Assembly (NCBI GenBank): GCA_947469635.1
Contig: CANIRG010000001.1
Location: forward strand, 2,824 to 66,823
DNA: 64,000 bases
Direction of reading: 5' to 3'
From: Rhodospirillales bacterium
GTDB taxonomy: Bacteria > Pseudomonadota > Alphaproteobacteria > Reyranellales > Reyranellaceae
A program made the position numbers and the translations under genes. Shown piece by piece: positions 17,501-26,338 of this stretch (position 1 is the first letter of the stretch; each line of letters begins with the position of its first letter). Below the pieces are notes generated by a model that saw only the letters and a list, made by a program, of their open reading frames with translations, had not been told where the DNA came from and did not search any database.

Positions 17501-20099
17501 CGTGCTGCTGGCTCGGCGCGGCAGCCTGGCGGATCAGCTCGACAGGCTGAAGACAGCGCGGGGCGTGCCGCCGCCGCTGCAGCGCAAGTCCGTGACCGAC
17601 GCCGCGTCCATGGGCGATCGGCCGGCGGTCGCAGCACTTGCCGCCCTGCAATTCTTCAACGGGCTCGGAGGCTTCTCGCCCGACGGCCGGGAGTATGTGA
17701 CCGTTCTCGGGCCCGGCCAGTCGACGCCGGCGCCGTGGATCAATGTCGTCTCCAATCCGTCGTTCGGCTTTCAGGTCGCCGTCGAAGGGGGTGGCTACAC
17801 CTGGTCGCAGAACAGCCGCGACAACCAGCTGACGCCCTGGTCGAACGATCCGGTCGGCGATCGCCCGGGCGAGGTCCTCTATGTGCGGGACCTCGAGACC
17901 GGTGATCTGTGGACGCCGACGGCGCTGCCAATTCGTCAGGAGCAGGCGCGATATATCGTGCGTCATGGTCGCGGCTACAGCCGCTTCGATGTCGTGGCCA
18001 ACGGCATCTCGCTCGAGCTGCTGCAATATGTGCCGCTGGCCGACCCGATCAAGATCTCGCGCCTGACACTGCGCAATATCTCCGGCCGTCCGCGCCGGCT
18101 ATCGGTCACGGCCTATGTCGAATGGGTGCTCGGCCTGTCGCGCGGCGTCGCTGCGTCGACGATCGTCACCGACCGCGATGCTGCGACCGGCGCGATCCTG
18201 GCGCGCAATCCGTGGAACATCCATCACGGGTCGCGCGTGGCCTTCGCCGATCTTGCCGGACGTCAGACCGGCTGGACGGGCGATCGTGGCGAATTCATCG
18301 GTCGCAACGGCACCACCGGCAATCCCGCCGCCCTGAGCGGCGAGATTCCGCTGTCGCAACGGGTCGGCGCCGGCCTCGATCCCTGCGCCGTGTTGCAGAC
18401 GGCGATCAATCTCGATTCGGGTGGCCTGACAGAGGTCGTCTTCTTCCTGGGCCAGGCCGGCGACGAAGCCGAGGCGCGAGCATTGATCGAACGCTATCGC
18501 GCCGCCGATCTCGGCGCGGTTCGTCGTGAGGTTGTTTCCTTCTGGGACGAGACGCTCGGCACCGTGCAGGCGAGGACGCCCGACCGTGCCATGGATATCC
18601 TTCTCAACGGCTGGCTGCTCTACCAGACGCTGGCCTGCCGCTACTGGGCACGCTCGGCCTTCTACCAGGCAAGCGGCGCCTACGGCTTCCGCGACCAGCT
18701 CCAGGATGTCATGTCGCTCGCCGTCACCAGGCCCGAGACGGCCCGCGAGCACATCCTGCGGGCGGCAGCCCGGCAATTCGTCGAAGGCGACACGCAGCAT
18801 TGGTGGTTCCCGCCCGCCGGCCAGGGCGTGCGCACGCGCATCTCCGACGACCGCGCCTGGCTCGCCACGGCCACGGCGCACTACATCGAAACTGTCGGCG
18901 GCGCGGCGATCCTGGACGAGCGCGTGCCGTTCCTCGACGGTCCGGCCCTTCGTTCCGGCGAGCACGATCTCTATTTCCAACCCAATGCGTCCGATGAAAC
19001 GGCGTCGCTCTACGAACATTGCGCGCGTGGCCTCGATCTCGGCCTGGCCACGGGTGTCCATGGGCTGCCGCTGATGGGCACCGGCGACTGGAACGACGGC
19101 ATGAACCGGGTCGGCGAAGGCGGGCGTGGCGAGAGCGTCTGGCTGGGCTGGTTCCTGCACGCGGCCCTCACCGCGTTCATTCCCATCGCCGAGGCGCGCG
19201 ACGATACCGTGCGGGTGGGGGCGTGGACGGCGCATGCCGCGGCACTGAGCACGGCGCTCGACCGCGACGGCTGGGATGGCGAATGGTATCGCCGCGGCTA
19301 TTACGACGACGGCACGCCTTTGGGCTCCGCCACGAGCGAGGAATGCCGGATCGATTCCATCGCGCAGTCCTGGGCAGCGATCTCGGGGGCTGGAGATCCG
19401 GCGCGCGCGACGCAGGCGATGGCGGCCGTCGACCGCCAGCTCGTTCGTCGCGGCGATCGGCTGGCGCCGCTGTTCACGCCGCCGTTCGACAAGACGGCGC
19501 TCGACCCCGGCTACATCAAGGGCTATCCGCCCGGCATCCGCGAGAATGGCGGCCAGTACACCCATGCCGCCGCCTGGTCGATCATGGGTTTTGCGGCTCT
19601 TGGCCAAGGCGACAAGGCAGGCGAGCTGTTCGGGCTGGTGAATCCGATCAACCACACCGCAACGCGCGCCGGGGTGCTGCGCTACAAGGTCGAGCCCTAT
19701 GTCGTGGCGGCCGATGTCTATTCGGTGGCGCCGCACGTCGGGCGCGGCGGATGGACCTGGTATTCGGGATCCGCCGGCTGGCTTTACCGTGCGGGGGTGG
19801 AGTCCATTCTGGGCCTGCGCCTCAGGGGCGGGTCACTGTCGATCGATCCATGCATCCCGGCCGCCTGGCCGGGATATGAGATGACACTGCGCTATCGTGG
19901 TGCCGTCTACGAGATCGCGGTCCGCAATCCGGGTGGTGTCAGCCGTGGTGTGGTCGGTATCGAGGTCGATGGCGAGCCGCTGCCGGTGTTCGGGGGCAGG
20001 GCGCTCATCCGGCTGCGCGAGGATCGTGGCACTCACACGATCCTCGTGACATTGGGCCTCGTAACGCTGGGAGTCATTTTGCCGGGGGCAGAGTCGTGA
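11502..20099 (+). CDS. ndvB: Cyclic beta-1,2-glucan synthase (NdvB/ChvB/Cgs): GT84 glycosyltransferase, central cyclising/glucoamylase-like domain, C-terminal GH94 phosphorylase
   Basis: About 2865 aa. EWLLDNY, GWERKRGKL, TLDSDT, LSHDLFEG, RQHRWARGDWQ; TM cluster; LPPDNFQE, HRTSPTN, WSGSMFEYLMP; FYQASGAYGFRDQLQD, GTGDWNDGMNRVG, ENGGQYTH, GWTWYSGSAGW. First ATG at 11502. Confidence 0.95.
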   Translation: MPERPKSLKSFVQRVLGRARPAAVGNEEEPIRSELFSVERLEQHAESLAANQPVHTTRTSGKPLVARLRDNERVLLDAYGSIAKAAGEGRPITPAAEWLLDNYHLVEEQVREVRTDLPPGYYRQLPKMSGGPLAGYPRVFGLAWAYVAHTDSRFDPETLQRFVRAYQNVQPLSIGELWAVAISLRIVLVENLRRSAKRIISRRSARQEADSVADRLLGVNDLAADPTALAPYEQAPLSEGFIVQLVQRLRDQDPAVTPAVGWLEERLARQGTNADELVREEHQLLGATNVTVRNIITSMRLISDVDWTKFFESVSPVDDMLRAASPFADMDFATRNLYRTAIEQIARGTDLAELEVVARALAAAASMPDAVDGDQRHRDPGYHLIGGGRRAFEQSVGFRASGLGFRRRFARIGIAGYVSFVAMVASVVLFLPVLILAKMGVGGWSLAAVTAAGLLPAIDAALMLVNRGITGSFGATLLPSLALRDGVPPSLRTMVAIPTLLTSRSGIDEQVERLEVHFLSNPVGAIHFALLSDWTDARTESTAEDEGLLAVATDGIARLNARYPGAAGVDRFFLLHRRRGWNEAQGRWIGWERKRGKLHELNRLLRGSTETTFLEAAGRSLPSDVRYVVTLDSDTRLPRDAIQRLVGKMAHPLNRPRLDLAEGRVVEGYGVLQPRVTPSLPVGAEGSRFQRVFSSHSGIDPYASAVSDVYQDLFGEGSYSGKGIYDIDAFETALHGRVPDSTMLSHDLFEGVFARSGLVSDIEVVEEFPARYDVAAARQHRWARGDWQLLPWMLGLVKGTGRHKRAGFVPAIGFWKMFDNLRRSLSPAAAIVALLAGWTLPLPAALLWTGFVLLVIALPTMLPVAAAVLPRHAGVTARSHLGALGTDMVSALSQTALLVAFLAHHAWLMTDAIARTLFRLVSQRRLLEWITAAQTKHRKRTGWIGLYGQMAGSVVIAALAALFVWRAGFAAMPVAAPFIVAWLVAPAIARWVSEPSTDAGSLAVTAADASALRLIARRTWRFFETFVTDADHMLPPDNFQETPKPVLAHRTSPTNLGLLLLSTVAARDFGWIGMGETVERLQATLAAMERLRRFRGHFFNWYDTSDLRPLEPIYISSVDSGNLAGHLIALANACSAWRGTLTDAAGIASRLASGIADSLALAREALLALPDDRRTHLVSSAELGRALDDLAATPPGRPEALAQLAASAVDLAHTLASERGDAASVDMLFWVEAVHRCVESHRRDIAQTEASIAALERRLQAIETTSRSMANAMEFDFLLDDDRRLLSIGYLVAEDRADPYCYDLLASEARLASFVAIAKGDVPARHWFRLGRGVTPVRHGAALVSWSGSMFEYLMPSLVMRAPFGSLIEKTNELIVRRQIDYAKGLGLPWGISESAFNARDKELTYQYSNFGVPGLGFKRGLGENAVIAPYATALAAMVDPAAAIANFDALAKIGGRGRYGFYEAIDFTPVRLPDGQSRAVVHAFMAHHQGMSVVAIANALLDGIMRKRFHAEPMVQATELLLQERTPRDVAVARPRAAEIGAGVPADDLEPAVVRRLRNPNAASPSVHLLSNGRYSVMLTAAGSGYSRWGDRAVTRWHEDTTRDDWGSYVFLRDVESREVWSASWQPCIARPDSYDVMFAEDRAEFVRRDGSLTTTLDVVVSPEDDAEVRRVSIINTGAQARDIELTSYAEMVLALPAADAAHQAFSKLFVQTEYLPAEGAILATRRRRGADEPEIWAAHLAVVEGEMIGEIEVETDRARFLGRGNDIGNAVAVCDGRRLSNTVGAVLDPVFALRRRLRIPAGGTARIAFWTLVASSRQAILDAIDRHQDTNAFERATTLAWTQAQVQLRHLDVTPAQASLYQRLAGHVLYANPALRSSSDAIRRGMAPAPALWAQSISGDVPIVLVRVDELEDSGVVREALRAHEYWRLKGLAVDLVILNERGASYVQDLQVALETLIRTGSSRTAFGAESGPGGIFVLRTDLIPAETRALLLARARIVLLARRGSLADQLDRLKTARGVPPPLQRKSVTDAASMGDRPAVAALAALQFFNGLGGFSPDGREYVTVLGPGQSTPAPWINVVSNPSFGFQVAVEGGGYTWSQNSRDNQLTPWSNDPVGDRPGEVLYVRDLETGDLWTPTALPIRQEQARYIVRHGRGYSRFDVVANGISLELLQYVPLADPIKISRLTLRNISGRPRRLSVTAYVEWVLGLSRGVAASTIVTDRDAATGAILARNPWNIHHGSRVAFADLAGRQTGWTGDRGEFIGRNGTTGNPAALSGEIPLSQRVGAGLDPCAVLQTAINLDSGGLTEVVFFLGQAGDEAEARALIERYRAADLGAVRREVVSFWDETLGTVQARTPDRAMDILLNGWLLYQTLACRYWARSAFYQASGAYGFRDQLQDVMSLAVTRPETAREHILRAAARQFVEGDTQHWWFPPAGQGVRTRISDDRAWLATATAHYIETVGGAAILDERVPFLDGPALRSGEHDLYFQPNASDETASLYEHCARGLDLGLATGVHGLPLMGTGDWNDGMNRVGEGGRGESVWLGWFLHAALTAFIPIAEARDDTVRVGAWTAHAAALSTALDRDGWDGEWYRRGYYDDGTPLGSATSEECRIDSIAQSWAAISGAGDPARATQAMAAVDRQLVRRGDRLAPLFTPPFDKTALDPGYIKGYPPGIRENGGQYTHAAAWSIMGFAALGQGDKAGELFGLVNPINHTATRAGVLRYKVEPYVVAADVYSVAPHVGRGGWTWYSGSAGWLYRAGVESILGLRLRGGSLSIDPCIPAAWPGYEMTLRYRGAVYEIAVRNPGGVSRGVVGIEVDGEPLPVFGGRALIRLREDRGTHTILVTLGLVTLGVILPGAES

Positions 20100-20177
20100 G
20101 ATTCTGAGACTCACGCTTAAAACCCTTATGCCATCGGCATCGAAGGCGTCTCACGCCCGTTGAGACTCGTGAGACTC
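20071..20177. repeat. Cluster of short TGAGAC(TC)/GTCTCACG repeats containing six GANTC sites
   Basis: GAGTC 20071, GAGTC 20091, GATTC 20100, GACTC 20108, GACTC 20164, GACTC 20173. TGAGACTC occurs three times and GTCTCACG once in inverted orientation, around an AT-rich core TTAAAACCCTTATG. Confidence 0.7.
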
Positions 20178-20185
20178 CCGGCCTG

Positions 20186-20326
20186 CTACTTCCGCTTGGC
20201 GGCAGCGACGCTCTTGCCCGGATTGGTGTGGGCCGCCGCGAAGGGCGAGGCCGAGACGGCGGCCTTCTTCTTGTCCTGCTTGGGCTTCTTGGCTTCGCGG
20301 TTACCGCGTTGTTGCTTCTGGGCCAT
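20186..20326 (-). CDS. Small basic hypothetical protein (46 aa)
   Basis: Manual translation MAQKQQRGNREAKKPKQDKKKAAVSASPFAAAHTNPGKSVAAAKRK*. Strong RBS AAAGGA just upstream, GC3-rich codons. Shorter than any ORF in the supplied track. Confidence 0.75.
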   Translation of the reverse strand: MAQKQQRGNREAKKPKQDKKKAAVSASPFAAAHTNPGKSVAAAKRK

Positions 20327-20418
20327 GGATTCCTTTCGGCCGGGCGTGCCGGCACGCGGGACATCCGCGATGCGACAAGACTAGTCGCTTTTCGGTGTCG
20401 TGTCCGATTTGCCTTGCA

Positions 20419-20901
20419 TCAGGGCGACGTCGTGGTGACGGCGCTCGGCGCGCGCTCGAAGGGTTGATCGCTCTCCAGGTACGACGCCACGAAGAACCAG
20501 CCGATGGCGACCACGCCGCAGATCACCCAGATCGCCGGCCCCGCCTTCACCTTGGGGATGCCGGTGCCGGCTTCCTGCCGGGAGGCCGTGTTGCGAACCG
20601 TCGAGATGAAGGGGATGCCGCGCCGCGGCAGGCTGTCGATCAGGCGGACGGCGATGTCGCGTACATCGGCAGCCTTCCAGTTCCCCAAGGGAAGCAAGGC
20701 GATCGACGCGGCCAGCGCCTGGGTCGCCGCCTCCTTGGGCAAGTCCGCCAGTCGTGCCGCCTCTCCCCACGGATCGAAGCCGAGCCGCGCCAAAGCCGAC
20801 AGGACGGTGATATCGACGCCCGCCCCGTCCTCGCCCACGGAGGCGAAGAGGAAGGGATTGAATTCGGAGTGACCGTAGGACAATTGCGAAGTGGACGTCA
20901 T
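20419..20901 (-). CDS. Hypothetical protein with C-terminal transmembrane helix
   Basis: MTSTSQLSYGHSEFNPFLFASVGED..ITVLSALARLGFDPWGEAARLADLP...AIWVICGVVAIGWFFVA. ATG overlaps the upstream gene's stop. Confidence 0.72.
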   Translation of the reverse strand: MTSTSQLSYGHSEFNPFLFASVGEDGAGVDITVLSALARLGFDPWGEAARLADLPKEAATQALAASIALLPLGNWKAADVRDIAVRLIDSLPRRGIPFISTVRNTASRQEAGTGIPKVKAGPAIWVICGVVAIGWFFVASYLESDQPFERAPSAVTTTSP

Positions 20902-21185
20902 TTCTGTCTCCGATGCGGGCTCGACGGATCGATGCGATCCGCCTCGAGCGCCGCGGTGAGCTCCGCCGGATCGACGGGAACGACCTCGGCGGCATGGCCC
21001 GGCGTCGAGAGGGCGGGAAGGTGGAGCATGGTGGCGGTGCGCCGGAACGCGACGAAGGAGAGGCCTGGCACTTCCTCCTCGTCGGTCTCGAGCCTGTAGA
21101 CTCCGGCGGGCTGCGGCCGATCCAGCCCGGTCAACGTGAACGGTCGGGTGAAGGTGACGGTCGTCTCGGTGGTCCGGGCCGCCAT
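20898..21185 (-). CDS. Hypothetical protein (about 95 aa, predicted beta-rich)
   Basis: MAARTTETTVTFTRPFTLTGLDRPQPAGVYRLETDEEEVPGLSFVAFRRTATMLHLP... Natural amino acid composition; translationally coupled to the downstream gene. Confidence 0.75.
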   Translation of the reverse strand: MAARTTETTVTFTRPFTLTGLDRPQPAGVYRLETDEEEVPGLSFVAFRRTATMLHLPALSTPGHAAEVVPVDPAELTAALEADRIDPSSPHRRQK

Positions 21186-21275
21186 GATCCGCGTCACTTT
21201 CTGCGGATGCTGGTCGGAGCCGCACCTTCCGACATGGGGCCTCGACGCCGGAATGTTAGAGGCGAGGCGGAAGTA

Positions 21276-22580
21276 TTATCGCTTCCGCCCCACGACGCAG
21301 TGCATGGGATGGGCCATGAAGAGGAGGCCTTGTTCTTCCCCTGCATCGCGCGCGACCCGCCACAGCGTCGTTTCTTCCGGCGTCAGCTGCGACAGGAGAT
21401 GGTCCTCGCGATAGCGCCAGATCGGCCCATCAGGCCTGTCGAGCGTCACGAGGGACGGGAAGCAGGTGAGGTCCGTGAGGCCCGCCGCCCGGGCCCGACG
21501 ATAGAGGCTCGCATCGGCGACGCCCTTCACACCGACGGACTGCGGCGGCACGACCATCTTGGACCGGATCGCGTCGGGCGCGGCGACGTTCCACCATTGT
21601 GGCAGGTCGAGCGAGCGCACGATGACGCCCACCCGGCCGCCGGGCCTCGCCACCCGCACCATCTCGGCCAGAGCCCGGTCGGCATCGCACTCCTCCAAAA
21701 CCGTCACCGAGAAGACGCAGTCGAAGGAGGCGTCGGCGAAGGGCAGCGTTTCGGCGTTGCCGGGCGTGAAACGAATGAGCCCGAGCCCCTCCGCCTGCGC
21801 GAGCAACTCGGCCTCGCGCAGCAGGAACATGTTCGTGTCGATCGCCGTGATCGCATTGGCGAGCCCGAGCCGCCGAGCAAGTAGGCGGTCGAGCGAGCCG
21901 GCGCCGCAACCGACGTCGAGGATCGCTTCGCCCGGCACCGGCACCATCAGGTCGATCAGTGTTCGGAACATCGCCTGGTACGTGGGCGCCCGCGCGCGAT
22001 CCTCCAGCACCGCGACGCCGCCGAGAAATTTCCCGCCCAAGGTGACGACGGTGAATTCCTGCGCGAGCCTCGGGATCGCGGGCGCCCACTGCGAGGGCGC
22101 GAGGAAGAAGGGCAGCAGCACCAGCGCTGGCCCCGAGCCCTCGATGCGATACGAGATGCCGGCATGGGTGCCTTCACGCGAGGCGCTCGTGGGCGGGGTT
22201 GCCGTCAGCGTGCCGAGAAAGCCGGTCATCTCGCCGGCGATGTCGTCGGTCCGGTCCGCCACCACGTCAGCCCAACCAGGGGCGTCGTAGTCGGCCAGGA
22301 CGATTCGTTTGGCCTCGGGCAGCCGCTCCTTGGCATGGGCGGTCGCGTCGGCGGTCAGGCCGCGTTCGCCGCAGATCATCAGCAGCCGATCGCCCACCGC
22401 GCCGAAAGGCGCCGGATCGAGGCGGTTGGGCACGCACAGCACCACACCGGCGAGCCGCGAGGGCGACCCCGCCGCGAGGCCCGCGATGTCGGCCGGCATC
22501 TGCGTGGCGACGTGGGCCACATCGATGCCGAGATGGTCCCAGAGCTGGAGCAGCCGCTCCGTGGGCGATGGTTCCGACAT
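21276..22580 (-). CDS. Class I SAM-dependent methyltransferase fused to a degenerate alpha/beta-hydrolase-like region
   Basis: C-terminal ILDVGCGAG, GNAETLPFADASFDCV, EMVRVARPGG. The N-terminal half has hydrolase-like segments without catalytic residues. Start MSEPSP at 22580. Confidence 0.82.
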   Translation of the reverse strand: MSEPSPTERLLQLWDHLGIDVAHVATQMPADIAGLAAGSPSRLAGVVLCVPNRLDPAPFGAVGDRLLMICGERGLTADATAHAKERLPEAKRIVLADYDAPGWADVVADRTDDIAGEMTGFLGTLTATPPTSASREGTHAGISYRIEGSGPALVLLPFFLAPSQWAPAIPRLAQEFTVVTLGGKFLGGVAVLEDRARAPTYQAMFRTLIDLMVPVPGEAILDVGCGAGSLDRLLARRLGLANAITAIDTNMFLLREAELLAQAEGLGLIRFTPGNAETLPFADASFDCVFSVTVLEECDADRALAEMVRVARPGGRVGVIVRSLDLPQWWNVAAPDAIRSKMVVPPQSVGVKGVADASLYRRARAAGLTDLTCFPSLVTLDRPDGPIWRYREDHLLSQLTPEETTLWRVARDAGEEQGLLFMAHPMHCVVGRKR

Positions 22581-22582
22581 GC

Positions 22583-22909
22583 CTAAGGGTGAGGACCCCA
22601 GGGCGCGGCGTTGAGGAGCTTCACCTCTTGAGTCATGACCAGCGGCCGGAACTTCGCGGCAAAACCCTCGGTAAAGTCGGTGTTGGCGAACACCGCGGCC
22701 CAATGCGCGCGCCGGCTGGCATCGTCCTCGAACTTCCAGAGATGGACGAGCTGGTTGATCGTGCCGGTGTCGCCCTGGAAGTAGCCGATGAGATGCTTGT
22801 CGTGGCCGCCCTTCTGCAGGGCCGGAAAGCCGAACTGCTGGTAGAGCTTGACGGCTTCGGCCATCTTGCCGACGTAGAGCGTGTAGGTTCTGAGCTCGTA
22901 GAGCGCCAT
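22583..22909 (-). CDS. NIPSNAP family protein
   Basis: MALYELRTYTLYVGKM...LIGYFQGDTGTINQLVHLWKFEDDASRRAHW...QEVKLL. RBS AAGGAGG. Confidence 0.88.
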   Translation of the reverse strand: MALYELRTYTLYVGKMAEAVKLYQQFGFPALQKGGHDKHLIGYFQGDTGTINQLVHLWKFEDDASRRAHWAAVFANTDFTEGFAAKFRPLVMTQEVKLLNAAPWGPHP

Positions 22910-22929
22910 CGCGACATCCTCCTTGTTGG

Positions 22930-23952
22930 TCAGGTCCAGGTCAGCTTGATCGTACGGCGCTCGGCGAGCGCACGCTCGATCTCCAGGCAGATCTTCAGGC
23001 TCGGCAACGCATCGCGGGCCGAGACGAGCGGGGTGCGCTGCGGCACGTCCGCGACCAGGCGGCGGAGCTGCTCCTCGAGCTCGAACACCTCGCCGGACTT
23101 CTCGATGGCGATGATCTCGGCGTCGGCCGTGGCGCCGCGCTGCAGCTTGAGCTCGAAGTCCGGCGTCTCGGTGCGGTCCATCGCTCCGGCCCACCAGGTG
23201 CGCAGCGCGCCGTCGTCGCCGGTCATCTCCAGAACGAGAGAATGCTCGAAGCCGCCGACGCATTGGGAGAAGACGGCATAGGCGCCATCGGCGAAGCGCA
23301 GCGTGCAGGTGAAGGCGTCGTACATGCCGCTGCCCAGCGGCGACGGCACGCCATCGGCCGACAGCTCCACAGGCAGGCCGCGCTCGCGGAAATACCAAAG
23401 CAACAAGTCGATGTAGTGGATCGGCTCCTCGAGGATCCACGAGCCGACACGATCGCTTGTGCGCCGCCAGTTGCCGGAGCCGGGCCGGAAGGGACGCCGG
23501 AACAGCGTGAGGTTGGCGTAGCGCACGCGGCCGATGGCCCCTTCGGCGATCAGCTCGCGGACGTGTCCCCACTGCTTGGAGACATGCAGCTCGAGGTCGA
23601 CACCGAGATAGGCGCTCGAGCGCTCGACGGCGGCAACGACGCGCTCGGCATCAGCCATCGTTGTCGCCATCGGCTTTTCCAGCAATACATGCTTGCCGGC
23701 GTCGAGCGCCGCCACCGCCATCCCGGCGTGCAGATGGTTGGGCACGACGATATCGACGAGATCGACCGCGGGATCGCGCAGCAGCGCGTCGAGGCTGCGA
23801 TGGATCGTGACGCCGGGGAGATCCGCCGCCGCAGCGCGGGCCGATTCATCGCTGCTGCACATGACGGCCGTGAGCACTAGCTCGGGGAGGCGCGCGATGG
23901 CGCCGGCGTGCATGCGGCCCCAGGCGCCGTATCCGACCAGACCGATGCGCAT
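22930..23952 (-). CDS. Gfo/Idh/MocA family NAD(P)-dependent oxidoreductase
   Basis: [35 protein letters not shown]. Confidence 0.92.
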   Translation of the reverse strand: MRIGLVGYGAWGRMHAGAIARLPELVLTAVMCSSDESARAAAADLPGVTIHRSLDALLRDPAVDLVDIVVPNHLHAGMAVAALDAGKHVLLEKPMATTMADAERVVAAVERSSAYLGVDLELHVSKQWGHVRELIAEGAIGRVRYANLTLFRRPFRPGSGNWRRTSDRVGSWILEEPIHYIDLLLWYFRERGLPVELSADGVPSPLGSGMYDAFTCTLRFADGAYAVFSQCVGGFEHSLVLEMTGDDGALRTWWAGAMDRTETPDFELKLQRGATADAEIIAIEKSGEVFELEEQLRRLVADVPQRTPLVSARDALPSLKICLEIERALAERRTIKLTWT

Positions 23953-24054
23953 CGTCTCCCCACCTTCAACCCGGTAGCGCGAGTATGGAGCAATTGCCCC
24001 GCTGCTCGCCAGCTTTCGATCCCGGTGCTACGGTTTGACGGAGAGGGGGACGCC

Positions 24055-25041
<987 letters not shown>

Positions 25042-25078
25042 AGCCAGGGACGTGAATCGCTACGAACGGAGGACGAGC

Positions 25079-26329
25079 ATGCAACGCAGACAGCTTCTCA
25101 AGTCGACCGCGGCGTTTTCGGCGGCCGCAACCCTATCGGCGCCGGCTCTCGCGCAAGCCCCGCGCAAGATCTCCTTCCTGACCTGGAACCTCGTGCATCT
25201 CGAATCGCACATCAAAGGCTGGATCCAGGGATTCACCTCGGCGCGTCCCGGCGTCGAGGTGGAATGGATCGACAAGAAGGGGCCGGAGCTGCCGGTCTAT
25301 TATCAGACGCAGCTCGTGGCCGGCACGCCGCCCGACGTCATCGACATCCAGGGCGCGCTCGGGCTCGAATATGCCGCGCAAGGTGCGCTGGTCGATCTCA
25401 CCCCACTCTTCGCCGCCGAGGCCGCGGTCAAGGGGCGCTACGACCAGGACTATCTCTCGAACTGGGTGTTCGAGGGCAAGAACTACATGGTGCCCTATTA
25501 CGTCTCAAAGACGCTGCTGTTCTGGAACAAGACGCGCTTCAAGGAGGTAGGCCTCGACAAGCCGCCGACGAGCTTCGACGAGATCATGGCTGCCGCCGAC
25601 AAGATCAAGGGCGGCGAGAAGACCGGTTTGTTGACGCTGAACTTCGACTGGCTCTATTGGCCGCTGATGATGACCAACGGTGTCGACCTCCTCTCGAAGG
25701 ACCTGAAGACCGCGACCTTCAAGACGGCGAAGGCGGAGGAGGTGCTGACCAGGCTGGCGGCGGCGACGAAGAGCGGCGCGATTAACTCCATCTCCTGGAA
25801 CGGCCGCTGGGTCGAGCCGAACGAGGCCTTTGCAACGGGCAACGTCGGAATGCTGCAGGCCCATGCGCCGGCCTTCTTCTGGATCAAGGGCAAGGGGCCG
25901 TGGATCAACGGCGAGACGCTTGGCGCGGCACAGATGCCGGGCGATTGGGCGACGCCCAACTCGCACGGCCTCGGCATCTCGAAGGGCAGCAAGAACCCCG
26001 ATCTCGCCTGGGAATTCGTGAAGTACCTCACCGACAACGACGTCGCGACCAAGTTGGCCCGTACCGCGAGCGTGCTCACCGGCAACAAGGCGGTGGACCA
26101 GGCGACGCTGGCGCTGTTCCAGAAGGACGATCCGCTCGCTTACCAGGTGCTGAAGACGCAGGTCGAGCACACCGACAAGATGTGCGGCAACTGGCGGCTG
26201 GGCAACGACAGCCGTGTGAAGGACGCCTTCTGGCCGGAATTCCAGAGCGCCATGCTGGGCCGCAAGGACGCCAAGACGGCGCTGGCCGACGCCGAACGCC
26301 GCGTCGTACGCGAGCTGAAGCGGGCCTGA
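25079..26329 (+). CDS. Carbohydrate ABC transporter substrate-binding protein, Tat signal
   Basis: MQRRQLLKS leader, AGTPPDV, LFWNKTRFKEVGLDKPPTSFDE. RBS GGAGGA. Confidence 0.9.
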   Translation: MQRRQLLKSTAAFSAAATLSAPALAQAPRKISFLTWNLVHLESHIKGWIQGFTSARPGVEVEWIDKKGPELPVYYQTQLVAGTPPDVIDIQGALGLEYAAQGALVDLTPLFAAEAAVKGRYDQDYLSNWVFEGKNYMVPYYVSKTLLFWNKTRFKEVGLDKPPTSFDEIMAAADKIKGGEKTGLLTLNFDWLYWPLMMTNGVDLLSKDLKTATFKTAKAEEVLTRLAAATKSGAINSISWNGRWVEPNEAFATGNVGMLQAHAPAFFWIKGKGPWINGETLGAAQMPGDWATPNSHGLGISKGSKNPDLAWEFVKYLTDNDVATKLARTASVLTGNKAVDQATLALFQKDDPLAYQVLKTQVEHTDKMCGNWRLGNDSRVKDAFWPEFQSAMLGRKDAKTALADAERRVVRELKRA

Positions 26330-26338
26330 TCCGGCATC

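Noticed and set aside
11520-18026. 2168-aa ORF antisense to ndvB
   Set aside because: Shadow ORF expected from high-GC codon bias; Arg/Ala/Gly-rich, no recognisable motifs, and entirely overlapping a well-supported gene.
20071-20177. CRISPR array or IS/MITE end
   Set aside because: Repeats are only 6-11 bp with irregular spacing, and there is no cas, transposase or integrase gene in the window.
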